Positions 1-13,000 of a stretch of 64,000 nucleotides of DNA are shown in pieces. The notes under the pieces are model-generated. The model did no database searches. It saw only the letters and a program-made list of their open reading frames with translations, and was not told the DNA's origin. Position 1 is the stretch's first letter. Each line of letters opens with the position of its first letter. The position numbers and the translations under genes were made by a program. The DNA comes from Oculina patagonica. Lineage: Eukaryota. The stretch covers positions 32,240,001 to 32,304,000 of the forward strand of contig NC_135765.1 in NCBI RefSeq assembly GCF_052425735.1, given 5' to 3'.

Positions 1-550
1 GGTGAACGAATAGCGTACGGGTCACCTTTGTTGCCACGCCTTTCTTCCAATACCCAAAAGGCCTCTGGGACATTGCATCCTATGATCAGCTCGATGTTAG
101 TCTCTTCGATGCTCAGCAGATTGATGTCTTGCAAATGAGGCCAACTGCTAATGTCTTGGTTGGTTGGAATGCTGTTGCTAGATGCATTTACTTTGTCAAC
201 TGTCCAAAGTCTCTGGATTTCTAACTTGTCTGACCCGTCCAAGGCTTCAACCGTTAGGCTTATCTCTTGACCCGACTTCGGACTGTCTTCCTTCTCTTGC
301 GTTGTTAAGTAAAACGTTTTCTGCTCACCTTGGACCCCCAGACGCGCTGCCAAGCCTTTAGTACACAGGGAGACATCCGACCCGTTGTCAAGAAGGGCGT
401 AGGTTAACAACTTCTCGTTCGAGTTCTGACATTGGACTTTCACTGGCACGATCCTGAGACACACTTTACCACTTCCCGCTTGGGTACTGTTCAACTGTCC
501 ACCTTGGGCACCTTGAGTAGGCGTAGGAACAGTAGCTTGTGTAGCTTGGA
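1..550 (-). mobile_element. BEL/Pao Pol start (aspartic protease), frameshifted relative to Gag and running off the window edge
   Basis: The alternative minus frame reads [12 protein letters not shown]...[24 protein letters not shown] (protease motif at ~378-395), then [20 protein letters not shown]-type BEL sequence. Confidence 0.85.
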
Positions 551-2539
551 TCCTTGGGAAGCCTGTGATATCTGGGTAGCTTGAGTAGTTTGGGGAGCCT
601 GTGGTCTCTGGGTAGCTTGAGTAGCTTGGGGAGCCTGCGGTATCTGGGTAGGTTGAATAGCGTTACCTCCACTGGCATGGTTACCGTTCGGAACTTGTTG
701 ACAGGGAGGATGGAGCAGAGTGTGATGCTTTCTTGTACAACCATCAATTTGACATGCACCTCTGGACAGGCAACCCCGTGCGATATGACCATATTGGAAG
801 CAATTGTGACAAAGATGAGCCCTTCTCATAATCTGAACACGTTCATCAAAGGTCTTTCTTCCAAAGTTCTGGCATTTCATCAAAATGTGATTGCCGCTGC
901 AAGCTGGACAAACACGGGTCTTCACCCTTGAATTAACAGTTCCTTGAGTGTTAAGCGTAGTGATACGGTTAGGCGATGGTTCACTCGTTTTTGAACTCGG
1001 AGGCCTTTGTTTTAAAGTTCCCCGTTTGCTGTCAGGGGTAACGTCCATAACGCCTCCAAATACTGGATTATTTGCTGCTCTTGCTTTGACTGCAACAAAC
1101 GATGAGATGTCCTTGATGTTTGGTCTCTTGCCAGATTGCTGGATACCGTCTGCGACTTCGACAAACTTTGTACGAAGATGAAATGGTAGTCTTTGTACTA
1201 TTCTTCGGAGGTTGTCAGCACTGTTGACCTCATCAATGTAGCCTATGGACTCGAGGGTGTGTTCACAGTTTTTTAGCTGGTCGGCAAACGCAAGTAATCC
1301 CGAACGATCAGATGCCTTAATTGGAGGACCCTCAGTAATCTCGCTCACAAACTTAGCCGCAATTGTGTACGGATGGCCAAAACGCTCCTTCAGCAATTTC
1401 CTCGCGGACTGATATCCCCTTGAAGGATCCATAACAACGCAACAATCAATCGTCTTCTTCGCTTCGCCCGTTGTGTATTGCAATAGGTACATGAGCTTCT
1501 CACTTTCACTCGTTGCGTTTCGTTCAATAGTGTTCTCAAACGACCGGATAAAACTCCAATATTCCATTGGGTTGCCATCAAAGGTGGAGAGGTCAGGTTT
1601 AGGCAAGGCAAATCCCTGTCTTATTGTCGAGCCCAGTTTATCAAGCACGTCTTCAACGATGGCAAATTCGGAATCCACGGAATCAGTTTGAGAAAGTTCA
1701 TTATCTGGAATCGGCGGGGCGTACGTAAACTCTCTCGCGTGCGGGTTCAGCCGAGAACATATAACATCATTGTCGTAAGGAACTCTTTTGAGGTCGTCTT
1801 TGGTTTTGGTCTCAACTCCGACATCTTTAACTTTGGATTCGCCATCGCGCTGTGAACCAAATTCTCCAAAAGATGAACCAGTTTGCTTCGACATTTTCGG
1901 TTTTGCTCCATCAATAACGGAATGATCTTCTTCGAGGATTTTTACTTGAAGAGCCGCCTGCTCTAGTTCATATTTCGCCTCCAGAATTTGACGCTCCATT
2001 TTCATTTCCTCTTGCTTTCTTAAAAGTTCTTGTTCCTCTAACAGTTGTTTCACTTTGAGGCGTGCCAACGCTTCCTTGGCCTTTAATTGCTTAATAGATA
2101 CACTAGAAGAGATGCGACTTCGACGAGAGCCAGCCGCGCTTACGGAATCTTCAGGACGGATGTCCGTTTCTTCACGAGTTTCAGAACGAATTTTGACATC
2201 ATCGATCCATCGCTTGATGTTTAGATCGAATTGGTCCTTTTTCTGACAATGTTCCTGGAAATAACGTCCTTCCTTTGCCCACTCTTCGAGATCTCCGGAT
2301 AGCGATGCGATGTATGAATAATGCGATTCCTCGAAGCGGCTAAATGCTTCATTAATTTCTAACAGTTTCTTCGAGACTTCTTCGACGTTTCTCGCATCCA
2401 CAAGGAGGGCCTCAGTTGCCCGATACAACGTTGTAATTCTCGACAAATGTCCCGATCTTAAATTCTTTAATCGAAGACTGTCGAGGGCTTCTGCGGAATG
2501 GATTCTCCTTCGACAAAACTCATCCATAACGCGTTCCAT
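491..2539 (-). CDS. BEL/Pao LTR retrotransposon Gag (DUF1759-like core plus three zinc knuckles)
   Basis: 682-aa ORF. It has a coiled-coil N-terminus, the BEL-type Gag core [24 protein letters not shown]...KLMYLLQY...AKKTI, and the Cys/His knuckles [27 protein letters not shown] and [15 protein letters not shown]. Confidence 0.9.
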   Translation of the reverse strand: MERVMDEFCRRRIHSAEALDSLRLKNLRSGHLSRITTLYRATEALLVDARNVEEVSKKLLEINEAFSRFEESHYSYIASLSGDLEEWAKEGRYFQEHCQKKDQFDLNIKRWIDDVKIRSETREETDIRPEDSVSAAGSRRSRISSSVSIKQLKAKEALARLKVKQLLEEQELLRKQEEMKMERQILEAKYELEQAALQVKILEEDHSVIDGAKPKMSKQTGSSFGEFGSQRDGESKVKDVGVETKTKDDLKRVPYDNDVICSRLNPHAREFTYAPPIPDNELSQTDSVDSEFAIVEDVLDKLGSTIRQGFALPKPDLSTFDGNPMEYWSFIRSFENTIERNATSESEKLMYLLQYTTGEAKKTIDCCVVMDPSRGYQSARKLLKERFGHPYTIAAKFVSEITEGPPIKASDRSGLLAFADQLKNCEHTLESIGYIDEVNSADNLRRIVQRLPFHLRTKFVEVADGIQQSGKRPNIKDISSFVAVKARAANNPVFGGVMDVTPDSKRGTLKQRPPSSKTSEPSPNRITTLNTQGTVNSRVKTRVCPACSGNHILMKCQNFGRKTFDERVQIMRRAHLCHNCFQYGHIARGCLSRGACQIDGCTRKHHTLLHPPCQQVPNGNHASGGNAIQPTQIPQAPQATQATQRPQAPQTTQATQISQASQGSKLHKLLFLRLLKVPKVDS

Positions 2540-2944
2540 AACGAAGTTTCATACGAAATCTTCAAATGAAATGTATAATCAAACCACACGCACAACTTCA
2601 AGATACGCACTTTAACCAGCGATTTGCTGAAATAACAAACAACACAGACAAACTAAACTTACAGCGAAAGAAGCAAACGGAAAACTAAAACAGAAAGCGA
2701 AAAAATAATGGAAAAAATACGAAACTTACAAGATTTGTGCGAACACTTCGGCGACTTGAACATACTGACAACGAAAACTTAAAAAACACCGCAGAAAACG
2801 CTAAGCGAAACAATAGATATAAAAATGCACACGAAGATATAACAAGTAATGAACCTAAAAATAACTGACAAAGCTAATTACAAGAAAAATATGCGCAACA
2901 AAAAACGGAAACAAAGGACTCGACAAATAAGAACGAATAATAAG

Positions 2945-3968
2945 NNNNNNNNNNNNNNNNNNNNNNNNNNNNNNNNNNNNNNNNNNNNNNNNNNNNNNNN
3001 NNNNNNNNNNNNNNNNNNNNNNNNNNNNNNNNNNNNNNNNNNNNNNNNNNNNNNNNNNNNNNNNNNNNNNNNNNNNNNNNNNNNNNNNNNNNNNNNNNNN
3101 NNNNNNNNNNNNNNNNNNNNNNNNNNNNNNNNNNNNNNNNNNNNNNNNNNNNNNNNNNNNNNNNNNNNNNNNNNNNNNNNNNNNNNNNNNNNNNNNNNNN
3201 NNNNNNNNNNNNNNNNNNNNNNNNNNNNNNNNNNNNNNNNNNNNNNNNNNNNNNNNNNNNNNNNNNNNNNNNNNNNNNNNNNNNNNNNNNNNNNNNNNGG
3301 GGAGGANNNNNNNNNNNNNNNNNNNNNNNNNNNNNNNNNNNNNNNNNNNNNNNNNNNNNNNNNNNNNNNNNNNNNNNNNNNNNNNNNNNNNNNNNNNNNN
3401 NNNNNNNNNNNNNNNNNNNNNNNNNNNNNNNNNNNNNNNNAGGAAGATGAATAGGAGGAAGAGGAGGAAGAGGAGGAAGAGGAAGAGGAGGAGGAGAAGG
3501 AGAAGGAAGAGGAGGATGAGGAGGAGGTGGCAGAGTAGAAGGAGGAANNNNNNNNNNNNNNNNNNNNNNNNNNNNNNNNNNNNNNNNNNNNNNNNNNNNN
3601 NNNNNNNNNNNNNNNNNNNNNNNNNNNNNNNNNNNNNNNNNNNNNNNNNNNNNNNNNNNNNNNNNNNNNNNNNNNNNNNNNNNNNNNNNNNNNNNNNNNN
3701 GAGAAGGATGATGAAGAGGAGGAGGAGGAGGAGGAAGAGGGGGAGAAGGGAGAGGAAGAGAAGGAGGAGGCGGAAGGAGGAGGAGGAGGAGGAGGAATAA
3801 GAAGAGGAGGAGGAAGAGGGGGGAAGAGGAGGAGGAGGAAGAGAAGGAGGGAGAGGAGGAGGAGGTGGAAGAGTAGGAGGAATAGGAAGAGGAGGAAGAG
3901 GAGAAGGAGAAGAGGAGGAGGAAGAGGAAGAGGAAGAGGAGGGGGAGGAGGAGGAAGAGGAGGAGAAA
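2945..3968. repeat. Assembly gaps (N runs) with GGA/GAA-rich polypurine low-complexity tract
   Basis: Seen directly: N blocks at 2945-3298, ~3307-3440 and ~3548-3700, interleaved with (GAG/GAA)n sequence. Confidence 0.95.
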
Positions 3969-4192
3969 GTTTAAGTCTGCGTTCAGGCCTATACTGTATA
4001 CTGGCCTATCAGACTGGAACATATCTCTCGTTTCCATAGGCATGAAGTTATTTGTCAGTACCCATATATACCACTTGTTCTGGGTCCTGGAAGTAACATT
4101 CACCATTTTAAGGATGATACCACCTCTTGTTACTGCACACATTTTCTGTGCATCACGCAACACACTGATTACACTGGACACACACTACTTAC

Positions 4193-6331
4193 CACACTTG
4201 GGGGCAAGTACATCTCCTTCAACTAATGTGGCAAATTTGAATGCTTTTTCAGATGCTAGAATGTCTAACTGTAAGATCAAACACATAAATACATAATATT
4301 AAAACAGTAAGTAGCAAATTATGGATTTGATGGGCTAACTGGAACACAGGGTCCGAACAATCTGCCAGCCAGTGAGCCTGATGCAAGCCATTTTGTTTAG
4401 CCTGTTGGTTAGACTAATCAAAGGCCTAAAATAGCTGTTTTGACTCCAGTTACACTACAGTTAGCTTAGGTACACATTGGTTTGCCTGACTAAATACTCC
4501 AGTTAGCCTAAATAGCACTGAGGTTAGCCTAATCCTTAAGGTAAAATGAACTTGTGTAACCGCAGCTACCTCCCCCCCCTGCCCTGGCGGTGTACTCCCA
4601 TTAATTTTGGATAGGGGTGTGCCGCGAGCCCGCGAGGGTTGTTAAACCCTGACCCTATTCAAGGACAAAGAAAGTGAAATTGATACCCTTTTTAAAGCCC
4701 AAAACCGAAAAATGACACCCAGTATTCAAGCGAAGGAGAAGCATTCCGTGATGACCCAAATAATGGCTAACCTTCGTAAAATCGCTTTACTAATACCTAA
4801 ACGGATAGTTCAGTTTTAAGATTCCCTTTTTTCGTTTAGCTGGGGTTTATTTTAGCTGATAGAATTTAGGTACCCTATCTAAGGATCACAAAAGGAACAC
4901 AATGGACACAAGGCCAAAAGGAGCAAAAAGGATACCCTATTTAAGGACCAAGAACCCCTCAAAAACCATACCCTATCCCCCGGCACAAACCTATAACGCA
5001 TATATGGGAGTACCCTCTCCCCCCCCCCCCCCCCCACCCATCTTCCATATTATTTGCTCTTTACAAAATGAGGAACTTTTTGAAAAAATAAACACCCTTA
5101 AAAAAAGATGCTTAACACAACTTTCATATCACTGATATACCTTGAAGTGGACTGTGCTATCAACTTTCGTCAGTTCAACCTTCAGGAATACCAAACCAAC
5201 AACTAGGTCAGGTGGATTGTAAACCAAATAACGCGTCATGGGCAGTCGAACTTTCTCACCATCTCCAAAGGTATACCACCAATTCCTACGAGTATAAACT
5301 GAATCCAAGGTAACCTTGGCTCTCACTGCTTGACAGCACCCGTACAGTTGTACAGTCAGGACCATATAGCCCAGTGGTCCAGTTCTGTTGAGACTTTGTG
5401 ATATGCATGTAGCTTTCCTGCAGTGGTCACTGAGGACGCATGTACTGTTGCTACCATAAGGTAACTGAATATCGGGGCAGTTATCTTGATGGTATCCTTG
5501 AAGGTTTTGAAGGTCATATTGTGTATGAGGCCATATTGGAGGTGTTGTAGGGTTGCTCGCTATAGTTGTGAGGAGAAAACAGCCCTATTATTTAAGTTTA
5601 TAATTTTTTTTTGGCTTAATAAGGTTGAGAAAACACTAAGCCGGCTAATTAACAAGCCCAGCTAGCTTTTCTGTCCTTGGCAGCTCTATAAAGTCCTTTA
5701 CACTTTCATGTGAAATTTAAGCTGGATTTTTAAAAGTTCTCTTTCAACCAGTGAAATTAGCCGGCAGCTGGCCCTTAGCTACAACCCTGAACCATTACCA
5801 TCGTGCTTGTGAGGTTAATTTCTGCTCAAATACCCTTCTCAAGTTCGATCGGATCTGTTAAGTTCCAGGCGACTTCTCTAATTTGCCCAAAGGAGTCTGG
5901 TATTGAAAAGTTTGTGCGAACATGCTTGGGTGCACGCTGTATTTACTTCCGGTTGACATAAATGGAAAATATTTGAATATTTGAAAATGTTTGTTGAAGT
6001 TTTATTACGACATTGCACTTAATTTGCGTCAGAAGTTTAGCTGTATCCTCGATTCCACGAATATTAAACCAACAAGCTTCGCAGTGAATATAATACTTTA
6101 AAAGTAAGCTACCATGCAAGGTGCCCGCGCGACGAGTTTTTATGCGTATTCAGCGAAGCGCGAAAAAATAAAATTTGTCTTCAATTACATGCAAGTCACG
6201 TAATTTGAATTCTACGGATCAAGTGACTAAAAATATCGCGAACACGTACCTCTTATGACTGTGGTGATGGCCAATATAAGACAAATTTTCGTTATTATAC
6301 TCTTGTTTTCAGCATACGCCATGGCCTCCAT
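4193..6331 (-). CDS. Array gene A (partial): signal peptide plus one six-Cys module; TM exon not seen
   Basis: Exons 6331-6250 (MEAMAYAENKSIITKICLILAITTVIR, phase 1), 5559-5141 (..HQDNCPDIQLPYGSNSTCVLSDHCRKATC...YGCCQAVRAKV...WWYTFGDGEKV...FLKVELTKVDSTVHFK, phase 0) and 4268-4193 (LDILASEKAFKFATLVEGDVLAPKC, phase 1). All introns are GT-AG, the frame is consistent, and the protein is homologous to genes B-D. Confidence 0.8.
4582..5035. mobile_element. MITE (GTACTCCC...GGGAGTAC terminal repeats)
   Basis: Imperfect terminal inverted repeats; related to the 7495-7921 element. Confidence 0.5.
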
Positions 6332-6369
6332 ACTGTTTGTTTGTTTGTTATTTTGACGGACCACTATAA

Positions 6370-6420
6370 TGACGTCAGTGCAATGGGTATAGTCACGTGA
6401 CGTTCATTAGTTATGAGTCA
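6370..6420. promoter_or_regulatory. Gene A proximal promoter motifs: CRE, CLEAR/E-box, AP-1
   Basis: TGACGTCA at 6370-6377, GTCACGTGAC at 6392-6401 and TGAGTCA at 6414-6420, all within 90 bp upstream of the ATG. Confidence 0.5.
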
Positions 6421-6429
6421 GACTTGTTT

Positions 6430-7010
6430 TGCACATTTTGGCACACTTTGAGAGTCGTCAAAACATTGTAAATGTCGTACTACGGAGCCCAGTTAAAGCC
6501 ACTCATTTCTCCTCGTCAAATTCCGTTTTCCCGAGTTAATTTTGTTAAACTCTACTTTTGGCACGACTTTACCTTTTTTGCACTGCTTCAACTTTTTTGC
6601 ACAACTCCTACTTTTTTGAACGACTTCGACTTTTTAGCACGACTTCAACTTTTTAGCACGCCTTCAACTTTTTGGTACGACTTCCACTTTTTAGCAAGTC
6701 TCCTTCGCAGCCGCTATTTAGGATGTCACGCAACGCTCCTACGCTCTCTGTGGGGAGCCTTGCGTGACATCCCAAATAGGGGCTGCGAAGCAGACTACTT
6801 TTTGGCACGACTTTAACTTTTTTGCACCACTTTTTTAAAACGTTTTTGGCGCAACTTTAACTTTCTGGCACGAATTGGCGCGACTTTCAGTTTTTGCACG
6901 ACTTGTATTATTTTCAAAATGAGCCGACGAATAATGAGTCGTGCAAAAAAGTTGAAGTCGTGCCGAAAACTAAAAGTGGTGCCAAAAACGCTACAACCTT
7001 AACCTTTTGT
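6430..7010. repeat. Array of ~20-bp units (ttttggcacgactttaac) with inverted copies; probable non-autonomous transposon
   Basis: Many degenerate direct units at 6555-6905 and inverted units at 6938-6990. Confidence 0.6.
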
Positions 7011-7494
7011 CAGAAAAGTTAAATACTGTTTGTTTTTATTCGATTAGGCGCCCTGGGTACTTATTAAATTTTTGGACCTTGTCTGTGGGCGCTTATTCGA
7101 GGCTGGGCGCTTATTAAATTTTCACCATTTTTAGCAAGTAGTTTGTTTATTTTGCAACTGAATAATAATAAAACGCGAAGATGTAGAAAAGCAAAACTTT
7201 AACTGTTCTTTGCGGAAGTCTCTTAGTAATATTTTAATACTAGTATACTAGTAAAGTAGTATAGTAGTATTTCAAATTGACTTAAAAGTTAATTTCAATC
7301 GCAATTTCAATAATACTCAATACTCCTCTTGTGCACTTCAGTTGTTTTTTTTTTGGTCAGGGGGGGGGCGCTTATTCGAGGTGGGCGCTTTATCGAATAA
7401 ATACGGTAATATAAAATTAGCCAGTCGCAAATTCTAACCGGTGACTTCGTTCACTAAATAAAGGTGGTGACTGTTAGGTTTCACAGGGCATAAG

Positions 7495-7921
7495 CCCAGG
7501 GGGGGTACTCCGGCCTGTAAATGACGGGGATGATCGAATGGAGGCAAAACTTAGGACCCCAAAAAATACCTTAGTCTTCCGACATTACCCAAAAAAATCC
7601 CTGGACCAAAAATAACCCCCCAAAAAATCCCTTGTCATATTACCCCTAAATTGCCAGGAGGGGCAATAATATAACACAAAGAAAATCATAAAAAATTGAA
7701 CGCTGCTGTGTGTTTATTCATCATACCATAAATATGCCAAGGCCCCGTCAAGGCACTTTAGTTCGTTTTTAATACCCAAAAAAATCCCTATTTTAATCAA
7801 GTCACACAAAAAAATACTTGCCAAATTCTCCAACCCAAAAAAATCCCCGAATCGAAAATTTTAAACCCAAAAAAATCCTTCGATCATCCCCGTCACTTAC
7901 AAGCCGGAGTACCCCCCTGGG
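7495..7921. mobile_element. MITE with ~40-bp TIRs
   Basis: CCCAGGGGGGGTACTCCGGC..TGACGGGGATGATCGAA / TTCGATCATCCCCGTCA..GCCGGAGTACCCCCCTGGG. Confidence 0.75.
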
Positions 7922-10064
7922 GGAATAAGCACAGACATAAGCACAGGAGCATAGGGGAGGGTTAGTTATTTTTAGGATGGGGAAGTGGTTATGTATCTAA
8001 TTTTTCGGCTCACCTCCTTATTAACACATTTCAGTTTATGGCCCACCATTTTTCTTTGGTAAGAAAAGTCCTTGACCCTACGTTCTCATGAAATGCCGGT
8101 CGTAAACTTTTAAGAACAGCCCGGGGAATTCGAGATGCTCGTCAAATATTTTGAAATGAACATCCAAAAAAGACCAATCTGGTCGTGTCATAAGCTTTTC
8201 TGGCCTCGAAAAGATACCAAAATACCAAAAATAGAATTTAAATTTGAATATTTCTTCGTGTGCAACCCTAAAAGAGACATCGACGGCTAAAAATTGGCGT
8301 TTTCGACGGAGCACCCTAAGACCAAAAATCCAAAATATGCCTGTAGTCGAGACAGCGAACATCCCCGCCCCTTCTATATGGGAGTCCCCCTGGAAAGAAC
8401 AGAAAGGAACTTGTTGTATAAAAAAGATTGATTTGAGCCAAATGAAAGTTTTGTATCAAAATGCCTGTCCTGGGACAGGCATTTTGATAAAAAAAATCTT
8501 CCTCATTTCTTTTTTTCGCGGCGGGAGGGACAGGCTCCAAGCCGCCAAACGGAATAGGGCTCCAGCCTGTACGGCGAAATTTTAAGGGTTCCACCTCACA
8601 CCCTTCCCCCCCACCCCCTACTCCCCCGAGCCCCGTTTGGACCCCGTATAAAGTTAAATGAGGACACAGGAACAGTACTGAAAGTTAGAATAGGGAATAC
8701 TCAGGACGATTTATCAGAGTTACTGTGTATTTTTCACCACCATAAGCTCCAAAAACCTCAAATCTAAGAGAGCTGTCCAGTTTTGGACTGTCATGTAAAA
8801 ATATCAATAAACAATATATCTATCTATCATCTATCTTTATCTGAAGAAAAAACAAAAACTTGTCAGAAAACGTCGAGGGCTTTAGTACCTATCTCGGTTG
8901 TATTAAGACAAAACGACAATTCTGTTACGTTCCCGATTCAAAATTTCCAGCTGGCTAAAGCTAGTTCAGCTAGTTTATTGCAAAGCAGGGTCGCTAAACT
9001 TCTAAAAAATCGTTAAAAACATCGACATTGTGACACAAAACAGTAATTTTTAATTGTGATTTAAATAATACCTTACGTAGCATACAATACTATTAACATC
9101 TATGTTATGGTTCACCCTTGGTATTATCTGGTTTTTTCCTTTGTTTTGTTATGTATATATTGTACTTCAAAGCGCGCTTTAGGTTCGTCACTCGCGATCA
9201 TCTCGCTACGACGCTCGCCTACAGAGAGGGCGACTTAGTGCAAGTTTACTAAACAGAGGAAAACACCAATTTGTACCAAGGATCAAATTGCACCACAACA
9301 AAAAAACTTTTTCTTTGTTAAATAATTCCCATCCTACATTTACTGTAACCGAACTTTTTTCAAGCTTTGCCAATAAATTATGCATACGTATAAAGACCTG
9401 AAAAATTGTCACAGATATTGTTATACCTGAAAAATTGATACTTTAAGAGACTAAATACCAAGAATTGTGAGACGATTTAAGAAATATCAGGTTATAAAAA
9501 TTATACAGAGCACTCTTACTAATAATGTACCAATAAATATATAACCTGAAACCCCCAATAAATGTATAGCCGTTACAAAACCCATTTCAAATTTTGCAGG
9601 AAACTTCACAATAAATAAGTCATAAGTACCCTTCCACAGACACCCACACCCCCTAGCATTATCTCGGCCAGTCGCCACAAATATAAGTACTATTTAGAGG
9701 TAACTGGTAAGTGCGCGTAAAGATACAGCAGGACGCTCTGATTGGTTGGTACTTGTCCGTGAAAATTCCGAGCAGAAACATAGACCAATCAGATGGTACT
9801 ACCACTGAGTTCTCTATAGAGTTATGTCTGTATCAAGATGGGAGGAAGGTGTTTGGGGAGGCTAAACTTACTACAAAAAAAAGACCGACAGCTGTTTATC
9901 CAAGCTAAGAAACCATTACCTATCATGTACTATGTGCTATACCTTAATCTAGTCAAACTAGGCAGTCTATTGTTCTAACAAATTGTTTACTAAACAGTTT
10001 CCATTTTAAAACACTTTCAGTTTGTTTGCCTTTACATTTGCTTGATTTCCAAAACGGCACAAGC

Positions 10065-13000
10065 TTACAGCTCATTGTCCAGCCGCTGCATCCCATGCTT
10101 GTCTCGGCCTGAGAAAATGTCGACCATAAAGCGTGTACCATCCTGGCGTCTTTTATAACAAAAGAAGGCAACAAGAGCCAGTGATATCACTATAATGATA
10201 ACTATTGGCACAACAATCACTGCAGCTTTGACGCCGCTTGACTGTCTACTGAACCAGGTACCTGGGCAAACAAGAAGAAAAAGAAAAAAACAGCAATATT
10301 TAATTCAATGTACCATGCTGTATTCTCTGGAACTGATCTCATGATGTGAGGAAAACTGTATGATCTTTAAACGTTTGTCCTGTAGCTTTAAAATTTAAAC
10401 AGGGCTACGACATGGTTGTTGGTAGAATACATGATAAGGGCTCTTTCCATTAGTCAGAACTAAAGAGAGAACAAATTTTTATTTTGTCAAACACTGACCG
10501 CCCTAATAACAACAGAATTCTGTTCTGTTCTAATCGAGAACAGAATTCAGTTGGTAGTCAGATTCTTCCTGTCAAATCAGTCAGTGCATAAATATTATAC
10601 ACTGTTGTGGTGGATTTGTGGGAAAATCTCGTGGGAAAGGCCCGTTTCACATTCAAAACCACTGGACCAGCCGGCCAGTTCTGACTAATGGAAAGCGCCC
10701 AAGGTTAAGGTAGTGAAATGTCCTTTCAAAAATGCCCATCTCACAAACTTTAGCCAAATTTTAGGGGTCTCATCATCTCGAATTTTTTAGGAGGCCTTCT
10801 CTGAGTCTTTATTGCTTTTTCAAGGCTAAGAAAAATTCTTAGCCTTGCATTCGACATCTTTAAGGTTCTTCCATTCGACATCCTTAAGGTTCTACCAGTC
10901 AGAGTTCAAACCCTTTATAAAAATGGGATTTGAAAGTTTAAGTGACATAATATTCGCTAAAAAAGGTAAAAACATTATTTACAAGGCTAAAAAGTTATAA
11001 AATTTTAAAAATCATCATCAGAGTGATCAGAGTGATCATCATCACACATCGACTGAAAACGTTGGGTTCTTTTTAAAATTTTAAAACTTTTTAGCCTTGT
11101 AAATAATATTTTTAAAGTTTAAGTAGTTTCCAAGACTTTCAAAGCATGATCCAGTACTTGAAAGACACTTATTTGCACTAAGAAAACAAATACAACTAAA
11201 CAAAAATAAAAGCATCTTAACATGTGGTCTCAGTCCTCTTGAATTTCTGTTGATTAGGTGAATGTTTGTCCACAATTTTTGCATGAGAATTTCCTTCCAT
11301 TAAGAACAATAAAGCACCAATTGAAATAGCTTTTCAGTGACTTTCAAGGCTTTGACTGGTGGTACTCAAAAGTGAGTGGGAATTTTGAGGTAATATGACT
11401 CCTAATCACTATTTAACTGCTCTTTTAAGCTGCTATAGTGGTAAGATTCAAAACCTAAAATATCAACCCAAAAGATGAACTTGGAGATTCAGAAGTCCTT
11501 CTTAGAGTTCTGGTTGGGTTATGTCACTGACTGGTCAATATCATACTTATTAACCGGCATGCTTACCGCAATCATCAGTTGAGATAGGAAGCTCTCCTTG
11601 TAATAACACAGCATTTACCGGCTCAGTCTTATCGGCGATTGTCACCGTGCCAACAATCATCACCTAAGGAGATAAATTTATCCAATGTCATTCCAGAAAA
11701 TATCCATACCCTTCCCACAGAAGGCTTTTTGGTTTGAATCCCCCCACCCCTCTGGAAATTCCAGTTAAGCCTCAGACTTAAATTGCTTTAAAAATTGTGG
11801 CTTTTAAACCTCCCCCCCCCCCCCCCCACAACCCCACGTATTTTTAATGACCTTATGTGGGGTGGGTATGGATTTTTTCTGGAACTGCACAATCTATCTG
11901 AAGGCACAAAAAATTCTGGATTTAAGCCTAGTGGCAAATCAGGCTGGAGCTTATCCCAGTTTCTATAGCATGAAGCGACTTGAAGTACTTCTACTTCTCC
12001 TTGGATGGGTGCTAGTCCTGATTCCAGGGTTTCTGCTCCCGGCATTAATTTGCTAGTACCAGTTTGTACACTTGACTGGAGAGAGGCATTGTGAGTGTAA
12101 AGTGTCTTGCCAAGAGCAAAACACAAATGACCTGGGCCAGAGCTTGAATGAGAAACCTGACCAGGTATGATATAATATCTGTAATATTCAAACAAATAAG
12201 AATTTGTTACCCTGCCTGGCTATCAAAATTATGTTTTTTGTTGTTGTACTATTTTGCTATTAATGGGGCTATTAATTCATTTAATCTCCTTACTGTAAAG
12301 TTAACATTGTTTCCTTGCGTCTCCCGAAGTTTTACTTTTACGAACAAGGAGGCATCAGAAACTGGGATGCCACCAGTAAAACTGCTTGGTGGGGCTTTCA
12401 ACTTGGCTTTTTCTCCATCTTTAAGGGTGTGTGACCAGTCCAAACCACCTGTTTGCTGTATTGTAACTTTCGCAGTCAGTGACTTTTTGCATTTGTTTGC
12501 TTCAAAACCAACTGTTAACTTGTGACCTTCTGCTGCCACAGAACATTTAACATTGCTGCAGTGATCGCTGTAAACACATTTGCTTGGAGTATTAGGATCA
12601 CTTGGAATCATATCAACTGCTGGGCATTGTTTGGAATGATCGCTTCCATGTTCATCAGCTGCAGAATAAAATGTTGATCAAAAAAGGTAAATGTAATTTA
12701 TTTAACCATGTAGCTGTGCCACAACTGCTACCCCCCCCCCCCTCCCACCCAAAAAAAATTCTTGCTGGTCATCTGGTTGAAAAGAACTACCATATGTGAC
12801 TATGCTGTACTGTCTGTGTAGCCAAAAAGTGGTTGGTTGTAAAAATATCACATATTAAAACCTCAAATGCCTGAAATGCCCATAATATGGTCAAAATTTT
12901 AACATTATCTGTCATCCGTACATAACAGATATCCTGCGATATACGTAGGTTGCGAAAAATTGCCCAAAGTCTTGTAAAGCGCTGCACTGCATTACAGTAA

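Noticed and set aside
2849-4181. Long ORFs of 201, 435 and 117 aa (Arg/Glu- or Pro/Ser-rich)
   Set aside because: They are artefacts of N gaps and the GA-rich low-complexity tract.
6555-6905. Regularly spaced ~20-bp repeats resembling a CRISPR array
   Set aside because: The units are degenerate and abut without unique spacers, there are no cas genes, and the context is eukaryotic.
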